A stretch of 64,000 nt of DNA from Phycisphaerae bacterium. GTDB taxonomy: Bacteria; Planctomycetota; Phycisphaerae; UBA1845. The stretch is taken from assembly GCA_963666835.2 (NCBI GenBank), contig CAXXGO010000006.1, positions 1,280,001 through 1,344,000 of the forward strand, in the 5' to 3' direction. Positions 1-9,600 of this stretch are shown here, one piece after another. The notes beneath the pieces are model-generated. The model did not search any database, was not told the DNA's origin, and saw only the letters and a list, made by a program, of their open reading frames with translations. The position numbers and the translations under genes were made by a program. Within the stretch, counting starts at the first letter, position 1. Each line of letters starts with the position of its first letter.

Positions 1-2073
1 TTCGTTCCCTTCGTCCGTACAGGCGATTCCATCCGGCTTATAGTTGGTCTCGCAGGATCCGGCCCCGTCGCAGGCGTCCGGGGCGTCGCAATCCGGGTCA
101 TCAGGCACCGGGTTTCCACACGATGTACCCTCCGGGGCGTCCGACCAGGTGAAGGTGGACAGTTCCGGGATACACATCTCGCAATCATTACCGGGATTGC
201 GATCGCCGTCCGCGTAGCAAACCGTGCCGATCACACAATCGTTGACCGTATCCACGTTGAGCACCACATCGCCCACGTTCTCTTCGAAACCGGCGACCCG
301 GATGAAGTAGTCTTCCCCGGCGACGGTGGTCAGAGTCAACGCCGCCTGGAGATCGATTCCGCTGTCATCGTCGCAAGCGATCTCCGCACCGTAGCACTCG
401 TCGTATACACTCAGGACCGGGTCGTTCGACGGGGCCATGGATGTGCCCGTCGTGCTGATGAACACGTCACCGCTGCAACTTGCGATGTACACGAACCAGA
501 TGTCATGGTTCGAGTCCGGCTGACACGAAGCTTCCACCGAGTCCTCCCCCGCGCTGGCGTTCTGGCTGGTCATGGACCCTTCCACGGCCGGGATGGCATT
601 CTCGCAGTTGTCGTTGCACTCGGGGTTATAGATTCCGACGCAGACACCGTATTCGTCGCACGCATCATCATCGGTACAAGGGTCACCGTCGTTGCAGAGG
701 CTGCCTGTAGGCCTCTGAGACCAATCCTCGGTCGAGAGCCCCGGATTACACTCCTGGCAGTCGTCACTGGGGTTGAGGTCGTTAGTGGCGCGGCAGGTGT
801 CGTCGATCAGGCAGTACCCGGCATCGAGCGTGCTCTCACAGATGTCGTCTACTTCGTTGCACGTGTCCGTCGTACACGGCAATCCGTCGGTGCAATCGCG
901 ATCGACGCCTCCACTGCAAACACCGTCGAGACAAGCCTCGTCGACATTGCAATATTCCCCGTCGTCGCACTCGGTTCCGTTGATCTCGAAGTTATCCTGG
1001 CACGATCCGGCCCCATCGCAGGTGTCGGGGTTGTCGCAGTCCGTGTCTTCCGAACTGCCACATGGTTCGCCCGCCGCGATCAGGTTGTCCATGCACAAGC
1101 CCGCCCCGTCGCAGATGTCCGCACCGTTGCACTCGTTCACGGTCGGATCGCCGCACGGCTCGCCGTAGTCCTCCAGGTTCTCGTCGCAGTTGCCCGCTCC
1201 GTCGCACGTATCGGCGTGGTCGCACTCGCTCTCCGTTGAGTCGCCGCAAGCCGTTCCCGAAGGAAGCGCCGGGTGGGTGACCGCCCCGGTATCCGGGTCA
1301 CAGACGTCCTCGGTGCATTCTTCCCCATCGTCTATCGTCGTTAGCATTCCGGTGTCCGGGTTGCAGCAATAGACCTCGTCGTCGTAGTTAATCGTGTTTT
1401 CGCAGGTCTGACTGGGCAGGCATACGTCGTCCGTACAAGCGTTTCCATCATCGCAATCCTCGTTCGAGGCGCAGGCGATTGCGATGGTCGCCGACGTTTT
1501 GATCAGAGGCTCGATCAAATATCCGATCTCGTCGCGGATGAACGTGAAGCTGTCGCTTTCCACAAAGTCGACCGTATAAACCCCCGCCGCTCCGGCCGGC
1601 ACGTAGATGACCAGCGTGCCGCTGTAATACTCAAGACCACCGTCGGCTTTCCCGCTGCCCATTACCACCGCTCCGTACTCATAATCCAGAGTAACGGTGG
1701 CGACTACCGGAATGCTGGTTACCCCATTGAACGTGTAGTCGGTACGCCCCGAGTCGATGTACGCTCCGTCACCGGGCGAGCTGGGCCAACCATCCGGAAC
1801 CAGCGGGTCCCCGTTCCCATTGTCGTATCCCGATGCGTTGATCGTGCCCTGGTACGCACCCAGGTTCGGTCCGTCCATCTCCGGGTCCCAACCGGATAGC
1901 CTGATTTCCAGAGTCACCAACTGGTCACCACCGACCAGAGTGATCGTGTTGCCGTCAATGGTGTAGTCCCCGGTCGCGCTCACCGGTACCCATTGTATAT
2001 CCGCGCCTTGCGCGAATACCGTCAACACCGCCGTTAGACCACATCCCAATAACCATCCTCTCGCGGTCATCAT
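1..2073 (-). CDS. Secreted Cys-rich modular protein (N-terminal cohesin-like domain, CDDGxxCTxDxC repeats, PPC-like beta domain); 3' end runs off the window
   Basis: Not in the ORF track because it has no stop in the window. Translated by hand: ATGATG at 2073 with GGAGG upstream, MMTARGWLLGCGLTAVLTVFAQGADIQWVPVSATG..., open for 691 codons to base 1 (...DGIACTDEGNE). Confidence 0.85.
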   Translation of the reverse strand, partial: MMTARGWLLGCGLTAVLTVFAQGADIQWVPVSATGDYTIDGNTITLVGGDQLVTLEIRLSGWDPEMDGPNLGAYQGTINASGYDNGNGDPLVPDGWPSSPGDGAYIDSGRTDYTFNGVTSIPVVATVTLDYEYGAVVMGSGKADGGLEYYSGTLVIYVPAGAAGVYTVDFVESDSFTFIRDEIGYLIEPLIKTSATIAIACASNEDCDDGNACTDDVCLPSQTCENTINYDDEVYCCNPDTGMLTTIDDGEECTEDVCDPDTGAVTHPALPSGTACGDSTESECDHADTCDGAGNCDENLEDYGEPCGDPTVNECNGADICDGAGLCMDNLIAAGEPCGSSEDTDCDNPDTCDGAGSCQDNFEINGTECDDGEYCNVDEACLDGVCSGGVDRDCTDGLPCTTDTCNEVDDICESTLDAGYCLIDDTCRATNDLNPSDDCQECNPGLSTEDWSQRPTGSLCNDGDPCTDDDACDEYGVCVGIYNPECNDNCENAIPAVEGSMTSQNASAGEDSVEASCQPDSNHDIWFVYIASCSGDVFISTTGTSMAPSNDPVLSVYDECYGAEIACDDDSGIDLQAALTLTTVAGEDYFIRVAGFEENVGDVVLNVDTVNDCVIGTVCYADGDRNPGNDCEMCIPELSTFTWSDAPEGTSCGNPVPDDPDCDAPDACDGAGSCETNYKPDGIACTDEGNE

Positions 2074-2473
2074 CGTTCCATCCTCCAAATTGCCCACGGA
2101 CTACCATATCGGCGCCGCGAAGTCTCGGTCTATTTCCGAACCACCTTCACGTCTAATGCGGTCACACTTCCCCTCAACAGACGTTACCGCGAGGCACCAA
2201 AAGCCCTCGCAGCGGGCGGACGCGGCCTCAGTCATCGGGCCGCAAAGTGCAGGCACAAGCGAGATAGGTGGACACTCGGGGAGAGATGAAGCGTACACGC
2301 CATCGCGATGCACCCTACCGCAGTTGCCACCCATGCCCGGCCTCCCGGCTGGGTGGTCGAACTCAGCGAACACAACCCGTCCTATATAGTCTCGCGTAGT
2401 CCGCCGAAAAATGCAAGGGGTAACCCGTTTTTAGCTCCGGGACGAAAAAAGCCAAGCCCCGGCGCAAGACACA

Positions 2474-2503
2474 GGGGAGGAGCGAATGTGTCCGCTCCTC
2501 CCC
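2474..2503 (-). terminator. GC-rich hairpin just downstream of the S8 protease gene
   Basis: GGGGAGGAGCG-N8-CGCTCCTCCCC, an 11-bp perfect stem. No U-tract directly adjacent. Confidence 0.4.
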
Positions 2504-2537
2504 CGTGATAACCGTGCCTCTTAAGGTGGTGTCCCTA

Positions 2538-5261
2538 TTACGGACAGCTAATCGGGTCAGAGAATGGATAAGGCTGTCCCTCGAACCCTTGCACGCACCG
2601 CATGATATCCGTCATGTTGAGAATCAGATTGGGTATTTCCGGGTCCAAATCGGCTCTCTTGATGTCCGGGGCGGTGGGGCTGGCTTGGAATTTCTGGACC
2701 ATGGCCATTATGTCGTCCATGCTGACCAAGCCGTTTGGGGGTCCCCAGCCCGACCCGTCGAATGGGCCCACGATGTCCGCCCAGAACTTAGGCACAGGCT
2801 GGTCGGCAGTGGCAACCGGGATCGGATCGCCGAAGACCACGCCATCGGTGGTGCCGGATATCTCATAGTTTGTTGCTGGGGCGATCTCGCAATCGGCAAC
2901 GTGGATCATCGCCTCACTCCACACCCGGAAGAGCGGCACGCTGGAGACCCGCGAGATACTGTCACCGTTGGGTTCATCGATCCAGCCCACGACCCCCGAT
3001 GAGCCCGGGAAGAGCGTGCTGGAAATCATCTCCAACTGAAGAGCGACCGCTCCGGGCTCTTCGGGAATGAAGGACACGTACCGGCTCTTCAAGGCGCCTG
3101 TGGTCACAGACAGCGTGACACTGGGGGAGATTCGGAACGGGATCAGGTACGAACCGGAGTCACGGAGGAACGTGCTCGCGGGGTCGTCCACGAGCGCGAC
3201 TTCGAACGTGCTGCCCGGGGTTGCGTCCGGTGAGACCGTCAACGTGTAATCCCCGAGGTACTTGCGATCGGCCCCGACGTCGACGCTGTCGCTCATACTG
3301 ATCGCCACGATCTCTAAGAACTCGCAGCCTGCGACGGGGAGCGACGAGACCGACTGAAACACATAATCCGCCCTGGTTTCATCGACCTGGACTCCCTCAG
3401 GGCAATCGACGTACAGCGTGCCGGAACCGCTCGTTCGCGTGATGACGAGCGTCGCCTGATAGGCCATCAGGTCGTCAATCTCCTCAAGGTATACCGTGAA
3501 TTTCGTACTGCCGGCGGGGGCGACCCCCGTGGCGGCAGCTTCCAGCGTCATCACGCCATCCACCGGTTCGCATGCCGGATCCGGCGGGCAAACCGTGCCG
3601 GCCGGCCTGGCGATTCCCGGGTACAGCAGGCACTCGTCGGACGTTACCTCCACGCAGGAACCATCGGCGAGGCAGCAGGCTCCGGTGGCCAGTTCCGAGA
3701 GGGCCGCATACGCGTTGACAAGCCCCCAACCGTATTCCGTGTCGTAGCCGGTGTCGCCCAGATCCGTACACGTCTCCTCCATAAGGTCTTCGACCTCGTC
3801 CGGAGTCAGGGAATCATCTACGGAGAGAATCAGCGCCGCTACGCCCGCTGCGTACGGAGAGGCAAACGAGGTCCCATCGACCCAATCGTAATCTGACGCG
3901 ACCTCGCCGTCCGTGCCGGTGCGATCGGTTGTGCCGACGGATACGCCCGGAGCTGAGAACGCCAGTCCCGGACCCCAGTTGCTGAACGACGCCCGGTTAC
4001 CGTGCCGGTTCACCGCTCCAACAGCGACGACGGTCGGCAGGTTGGCCGGGTACGAGGGCGAGTTGTCGCTTTCGTTTCCCGACGCCGCGAAGTGGACTAC
4101 CCCGGCGTCCCGCGTCGTTTCGTACTTCGTCGTCACCGTACTCGACGAATCGAAGCCGTTACTGTTGTTAGTGACTCGCGCCCCGCTGGTTTGCGACCAG
4201 TTGATTGCGCTGACCAGCCAACTGATCAAGAACGAGCCGGCCCCGTCACATGGCGTGTTGGCTACGGAGTACTTGGCGGCCTTAACCTTGCAGCCGGGGG
4301 CCGAACCGACCACTCCGATGCTGTTGTTGATCACGGCCGATACGCAGCCGGCCACCGCCGTGCCATGGTTGTCGCACTCGTTGTGCGGTCCGCCGTCGGT
4401 GCCGTGCCCGGTGAAATCCCAGCCGGTGACTTGGTTGAGGTCGGGGTGGTCTTGCTGGATGCCGTCGTCCAGAATGAGCACCTCTATTGACGGGTCGCCC
4501 GTTGTGACGTCCCATGCCTCGACGGCATCCATGTCCATGTCCGCAGTGCCGCCGCTTTGTCCGGTGTTGTGCAGCCCCCACAGCGTGTTGAAGTAGTTGT
4601 CGTTGGGGATCAACATCCGTCGGGCGGTCATCATCATGTCGGATTCGGCGAACTTAATCTCGGGCTGCGTCGCCAGAGTATTGGCGAGCGACAGGACCTC
4701 GAAACCATTGCGAGAATTCACCGTCATACGATAGACGCCCGGCATGTTGCTGAAGTCGCGGTCTTTGATCACCCCGTCGACCCAGCTTTCCAGAAATGCC
4801 TCGGCTTGCTTCGGAGGAACGTCCTCAACGAAACCGATGAGCAAGTCCGGAGTAATAATGAGGGGGTCGCCGTGGCTGTCCTCAAAAACCGGAGATACGA
4901 AGTCGATAGCCGGATTACCCGCCAAGGTCGCCACCGCCGCTTCGATGCCTGATGCGGTCCGGTGTCCGTTCGGGACCGTCGCCCGCGACCAATTGTTCAC
5001 GGCCATCCGTCGCGTGTCCTCGAGCGCGATTCCTGCAGTTCGTAACGCAGCTTCCGGACCGGCGTCCTCTAACGGACTGTCGTTACGGATAGCCACCTCC
5101 GAGGTGTTCAGGCCCAGGTGGACCTGTTGCTTGAAGTAAGAATAGTAGTAGTCCGGCGGCGCGTCGCCTTGGGCGGGCACAACGGATGCCATTACGGCTA
5201 CGATAAGTACCGAAGCGCCCAGCGCTCCGACGATGCGGCACTCAACAGAACGATGCTTCAT
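2538..5261 (-). CDS. Secreted S8 (subtilisin-like) serine peptidase with cohesin-like domain and C-terminal dockerin-like module
   Basis: Catalytic triad motifs ILDDG, HGTAVAG and GTSFASP; oxyanion Asn in ASGNE; signal peptide; AGGAGA RBS before ATG 5261. Confidence 0.92.
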   Translation of the reverse strand: MKHRSVECRIVGALGASVLIVAVMASVVPAQGDAPPDYYYSYFKQQVHLGLNTSEVAIRNDSPLEDAGPEAALRTAGIALEDTRRMAVNNWSRATVPNGHRTASGIEAAVATLAGNPAIDFVSPVFEDSHGDPLIITPDLLIGFVEDVPPKQAEAFLESWVDGVIKDRDFSNMPGVYRMTVNSRNGFEVLSLANTLATQPEIKFAESDMMMTARRMLIPNDNYFNTLWGLHNTGQSGGTADMDMDAVEAWDVTTGDPSIEVLILDDGIQQDHPDLNQVTGWDFTGHGTDGGPHNECDNHGTAVAGCVSAVINNSIGVVGSAPGCKVKAAKYSVANTPCDGAGSFLISWLVSAINWSQTSGARVTNNSNGFDSSSTVTTKYETTRDAGVVHFAASGNESDNSPSYPANLPTVVAVGAVNRHGNRASFSNWGPGLAFSAPGVSVGTTDRTGTDGEVASDYDWVDGTSFASPYAAGVAALILSVDDSLTPDEVEDLMEETCTDLGDTGYDTEYGWGLVNAYAALSELATGACCLADGSCVEVTSDECLLYPGIARPAGTVCPPDPACEPVDGVMTLEAAATGVAPAGSTKFTVYLEEIDDLMAYQATLVITRTSGSGTLYVDCPEGVQVDETRADYVFQSVSSLPVAGCEFLEIVAISMSDSVDVGADRKYLGDYTLTVSPDATPGSTFEVALVDDPASTFLRDSGSYLIPFRISPSVTLSVTTGALKSRYVSFIPEEPGAVALQLEMISSTLFPGSSGVVGWIDEPNGDSISRVSSVPLFRVWSEAMIHVADCEIAPATNYEISGTTDGVVFGDPIPVATADQPVPKFWADIVGPFDGSGWGPPNGLVSMDDIMAMVQKFQASPTAPDIKRADLDPEIPNLILNMTDIMRCVQGFEGQPYPFSDPISCP

Positions 5262-5742
5262 TGGTCTCCTCCCTAACTCCCTCGACACCAATAAGGTAGT
5301 ATACAGGCATTTTCGTCCTTATGTGTCGTTTTTTGAAAGTTCTCCTCGGACTCTGCCGTCCGGCGAATCCTCGTGCCGGTACCGACCGGGCGGGGGCGTT
5401 ACGATCAACTGCAGCCTTCGGCGGTCGTTCTCGGCCTGAGCTGCTTGGATTACGCCATCCTTTCCACTTAGTTGTGAAGCCATACTCTGTAAAGTAGTCT
5501 GACGACGGGCTAAGGTGGGACGGACCCAAGCTCGCTGAAACAGGGCATAAGTAGCGAGCTGCGGAGTGATTCCACCAGGGCGAACCCTGCCTGGGCTCCT
5601 TAGGGGCCTTTCATTGCCGATAACCTCCCGCCACCGTCTGTTATAGCGCACTTATCCCTCTCAACATGCGTTCCACCTGAAGTCCACTCCGCGTATTAGG
5701 AGAAAACGGGCACTCTGGCGCCCTAATGTCAAAGGAGGGATC

Positions 5743-5802
5743 ATAGCGCAGGCTTCCAGCCTGCCCGAGGCGCTGCAGGCGTAACGCAGGCTTCCAGCCT
5801 GC
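5743..5802 (+). repeat. Two tandem copies of REP-like palindrome family B ((G/A)TA(G/A)CGCAGGCTTCCAGCCTGC)
   Basis: Same palindrome recurs at about 14627 and 62728, and truncated inside the RAYT-flanking units. Confidence 0.7.
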
Positions 5803-6334
5803 TTCCGCCACTGCGCCGGCTGTAAGGAGGGAATCCCGGCATAGACGTTCGGCTTGGGCTACCAGTACTGCTTCGGTGTCCAACCCGGGGATACCAGTAG
5901 TGAGGAGTCTCCGCGCGGCCTGGGCGAAGCCGAGACCGCGCGGGTCTGCCGGTGTTCAGGCTCGACCGGACGGGGTTCTCCCGCGAAAAACCGGCGGTGA
6001 AATGCTCAGCGACGGGCGTGAGCCTGAATCTGAGCTGCCAGCCTTGTGAACGGCCCCGGGGTAAAGTCCGGGTGTCGTTTGGGGGGCGATCTCCTGGGGG
6101 TCTGGGAGTCGTTTTCGCCCTCTGGAGCGGTTGTTGGTTGCAGTGTAAATGGACGATTGGCCGAATATCGTGTAGTTTTGGCCCGTTTTCGAGGGTTATT
6201 GTGGTGTTGCTGGCGTCCGTTGGTTTTCCCGGCCGTTCTCAGCATGAAACATAGAGGGTGGCGTGAGGTGGCAGCTTCGGGGAGGTAACGTGGAGAATCT
6301 CGATTATCGGCGTGGATCTCAACATAGAAAACTC

Positions 6335-6364
6335 TTGACATCGCTGGGTCGGATTGTGTACTAT
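6335..6364 (+). promoter_or_regulatory. Putative sigma70 promoter for the giant Cys-rich gene pair
   Basis: TTGACA-N18-TACTAT about 310 bp upstream of ATG 6675. Confidence 0.55.
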
Positions 6365-6674
6365 CGGCCTTCGAGCGGAAAATCGGCTGCGGGACAAGTG
6401 CCGACGCCGGTTCGTGTTTCGCCGTCGTGATGATTGTTGCTACGCCGTTGTGGGGCCATTTCGAAACCACAGGAGGGTGAAACTGGCTATCTCGAAAACA
6501 GAACGATGAGAGGCGTTGTTGTGCTGTTGGGCTCAGGCGCTTGTGCCTGCGCGCGGCGGCGTGGGTTGTGTTAATTTACAGGAAGGGGCATGTTCGTGGC
6601 ACCCTTGGCGGGAGTTCATAGGGTGTTTCATCGAGCACGGTCGTTGTTTTCAGAGTCTATGGAGGTGCGGGTCT

Positions 6675-9600
6675 ATGAAGGGTAAGGGTTATCTCAAATG
6701 GCGTCCCGTTTTGGCGGCTCTCGCCGTAGGCATGATCGCCTATGGTTTGAGCTTGCATGGAGCGCCGGCAGGCCAGGAGCCGAGTGGCGACCTGGGGGGA
6801 AACGACGTGGTGGTCAACGTTGGGGGAGTACCTGACGCCGGTTCCGCGATGTCTCGGTCTGAAACGATGATGGCCGCTCCGCGCGAGGAATTCCGCGTGC
6901 GCGAGGCGATCATGATCTCGGCCGAGCCCGCGGGTGGCGCGAGTGCGTTGGCACGGGGCACTACTCCGGTAGGCGGTGCCTGCGATTGCGATGCCGAGTG
7001 CGTCGAGCCTGGTGCGGACGAGTGCCTTGTGGCCGCCTGCATCAACGGCGTTTGTGCGCATAGGCCTCAGCTCGTTGGTAACCCCTGCGATCTGGACGGC
7101 CTCTATTGCACCCGCGATGAGTGCATGCTCAGCGGCGAAGACGTCGTCTGCGTTGCCAAGAGCGACGGTGCGGGTGGCGCGTTGAGCCCCTGCGCGAAGA
7201 CGTGCGTCGGTGGCGACAATGCCGGCAACTGGTGCTACGAAGCCGAAGATTGCCCGGCGGGTTCGTGTATGCCGCGTTCGTCCGGTGGGGCAACGGCGGT
7301 CTGCAACGAGACCGAGGATTGGTGCGAGCTTTCGACCGGTATGGGTCGTTGCTGCAACGGCCTGACGTGTTCGCTCGCGACCGAGGCTTCTTGTACCGGT
7401 GGTGGCGGCAAGTGGTTGCGGATCGGCAACCCGGACGATCTGGGCCATTGCTGGTGCCCGGAGTACGGCAGTGGTATTGCTCCCCGCGGTGACGAGACCG
7501 ATGAAGTTGCTGAGGTCATCGGCACGTACAAGATTTGCACGTACACCGAGGACGCTTGCTACGTCGATAACGATTGCCGCAAAGTGTGCGACGACGGCAA
7601 CTACGCGATTTGCGACGACAACGACGATTGCGATGCGGGTATTTCTTGCATCGCGAACCCCTGCGTCGCGGATGTTGACCAGTGCCAGGACGGTTATCTC
7701 ACCATCGGTGACGATTACTCGTTGGAGAGTGGCAAGGCCATGCGTCTGAACGAGTTCCGCTTCCGTGGCGGTGCTCAGGACATTGGCGAGGCGATGTTGT
7801 TCATGTTCTTCGATGCGAACGGGCTCTTCGTGGATTCGTTCTCGGCTACGATGGGGCTTCCGGGCATCCACTACTACGGCTACGGAATTGACTGCTATCC
7901 GGACTGCGACATCAATCCGGACAATGGGGATTCGCCCGAGAATCCGCCGTTCGTCATTCCGGCCGAAGGTTTTGTGGTAATGCGTGGATACGTCGATTCC
8001 ACCGACCACGAGACCACGACTTCCGCCACCTGGGCGTCGACGGATGCCGTCGACATCGGTCTGAACGACGCTGCCGAGATGTGGTGGGACATCGGGGCCG
8101 GCGAGGTCATCGGTGACTTCCCCGACTTGGCAACCGACATTCTGGCGTTCGAGCTGGTCGGCCAGGTGATCGATTCCGGGATTCAGCCGGAAGGTGCTTG
8201 CTGTACGGTCGAAGGCGCTGTGGGTGTCTGCAACAACACCTACATGTGGGAGTGTGGTATCTGCGCAGAGCACCCCGACGCGGCGTGTAGCTGGTACCGC
8301 GATTGCCCGCCGGGCGACTATTGCACGTTTAAGAACTGGTTCGGTCCGACCTCGCACGACGATCTCGTCGGTGGCGTGACCGAAGACTGCGCGACCTTCA
8401 CCGGTTGCACCGTTGGCGCTTGCTGTGCCGCGGATGGCAGTTGCACGCCGGACACCACGCCGGGCGATTGCGACACTGCCGGTGGTACGTTCCTCGGCTT
8501 TGCTACGAGTTGTGAGCCGAACTGCTGCCCGCCGCCGGATACCGAGACGGGTGCGGACGCGGCCTGCGACGTCTGGCAGTGCCACGACGGAACCGATTGG
8601 GTCGATCCGTACGACATGTGCGGTGCGAGCGATCCGGATGATCCGGACTGCGATACCGGTGCGGGCGAGACCTGCATGCTTCGCGCAAGCGGTCCGACGG
8701 AGTACACGATCAACATCCCGGCGTTCGGCGCTGCCCCCAACACATTCACCTTCATGGGTGATGCCAGTGGGCACGATCCGTACTTCACGGAAGTTGACGG
8801 CGACGACTGTAACCTCGGTGGTGAGGTCGACGACGGCTGGTACGAGGCCTTCGTGGTTGTCAACAATGACGCCGACGAGTTCGACTGTGCCATCGTTACG
8901 ATCGACTTCTGCTGCACCGATCCGATTCAGACCCCGGTCTACATCGTTATGAAGGACTGCTGCCCGTGTCCGGGTGGCATCTGCTGGGTCACTCTGGATC
9001 AGAATCCGGACGGCACGACGAAGTCCGGTTGGGGTCCTGACTGCGACGTAGAGGTCGACGGCGTCGACCACTGCTGCCAGGATGACAACTTCACCGGCCA
9101 GTTCATGGTTCCCTCCGGTCGGTACAGTTGGCAGATCCCGTCGGGTATGGTTTGCGACGATACGACCTACGATTGCCAGGACGACGATGATTGTCAGCCG
9201 GGCGTTCCGTGCGTGAGCACGGCCGGCCCGTACACCGGTCACGTCACGGTCGAGGAATGCCCGCGGGCGGCTTGCTGCCTGAACCTGTGCGTCGGTGGTA
9301 CGAACGATGGTGAGTATTGTGAGGACGATGCGGGTTGCCCGGGCGGCGCCTGCAACAATGTTTGCGAGATCCGCACGAAGCTGACCTGTGAGGATCATGG
9401 CGGCGACTTCCTGAGCTTCGACACCGGCACGGTTGTAACGTGTGCGGCGAGCCCGTGTGCTACGGGTGCGTGCTGCACCGGTGCGGGTACCTGCGAAGAT
9501 GGTGCGGCCTACGATACCGAGGTCGAGTGCGAGGCTGCCGGCGGTGTGTACCATGGTTACGTGCAGTGCGACGAGCACGAGCCGTGCGATGTCTGCCCGT

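Noticed and set aside
5300..5700. Riboswitch upstream of the S8 protease
   Set aside because: Hairpins exist (AGCTCGCT..AGCGAGCT) but I could not recognise any riboswitch consensus.
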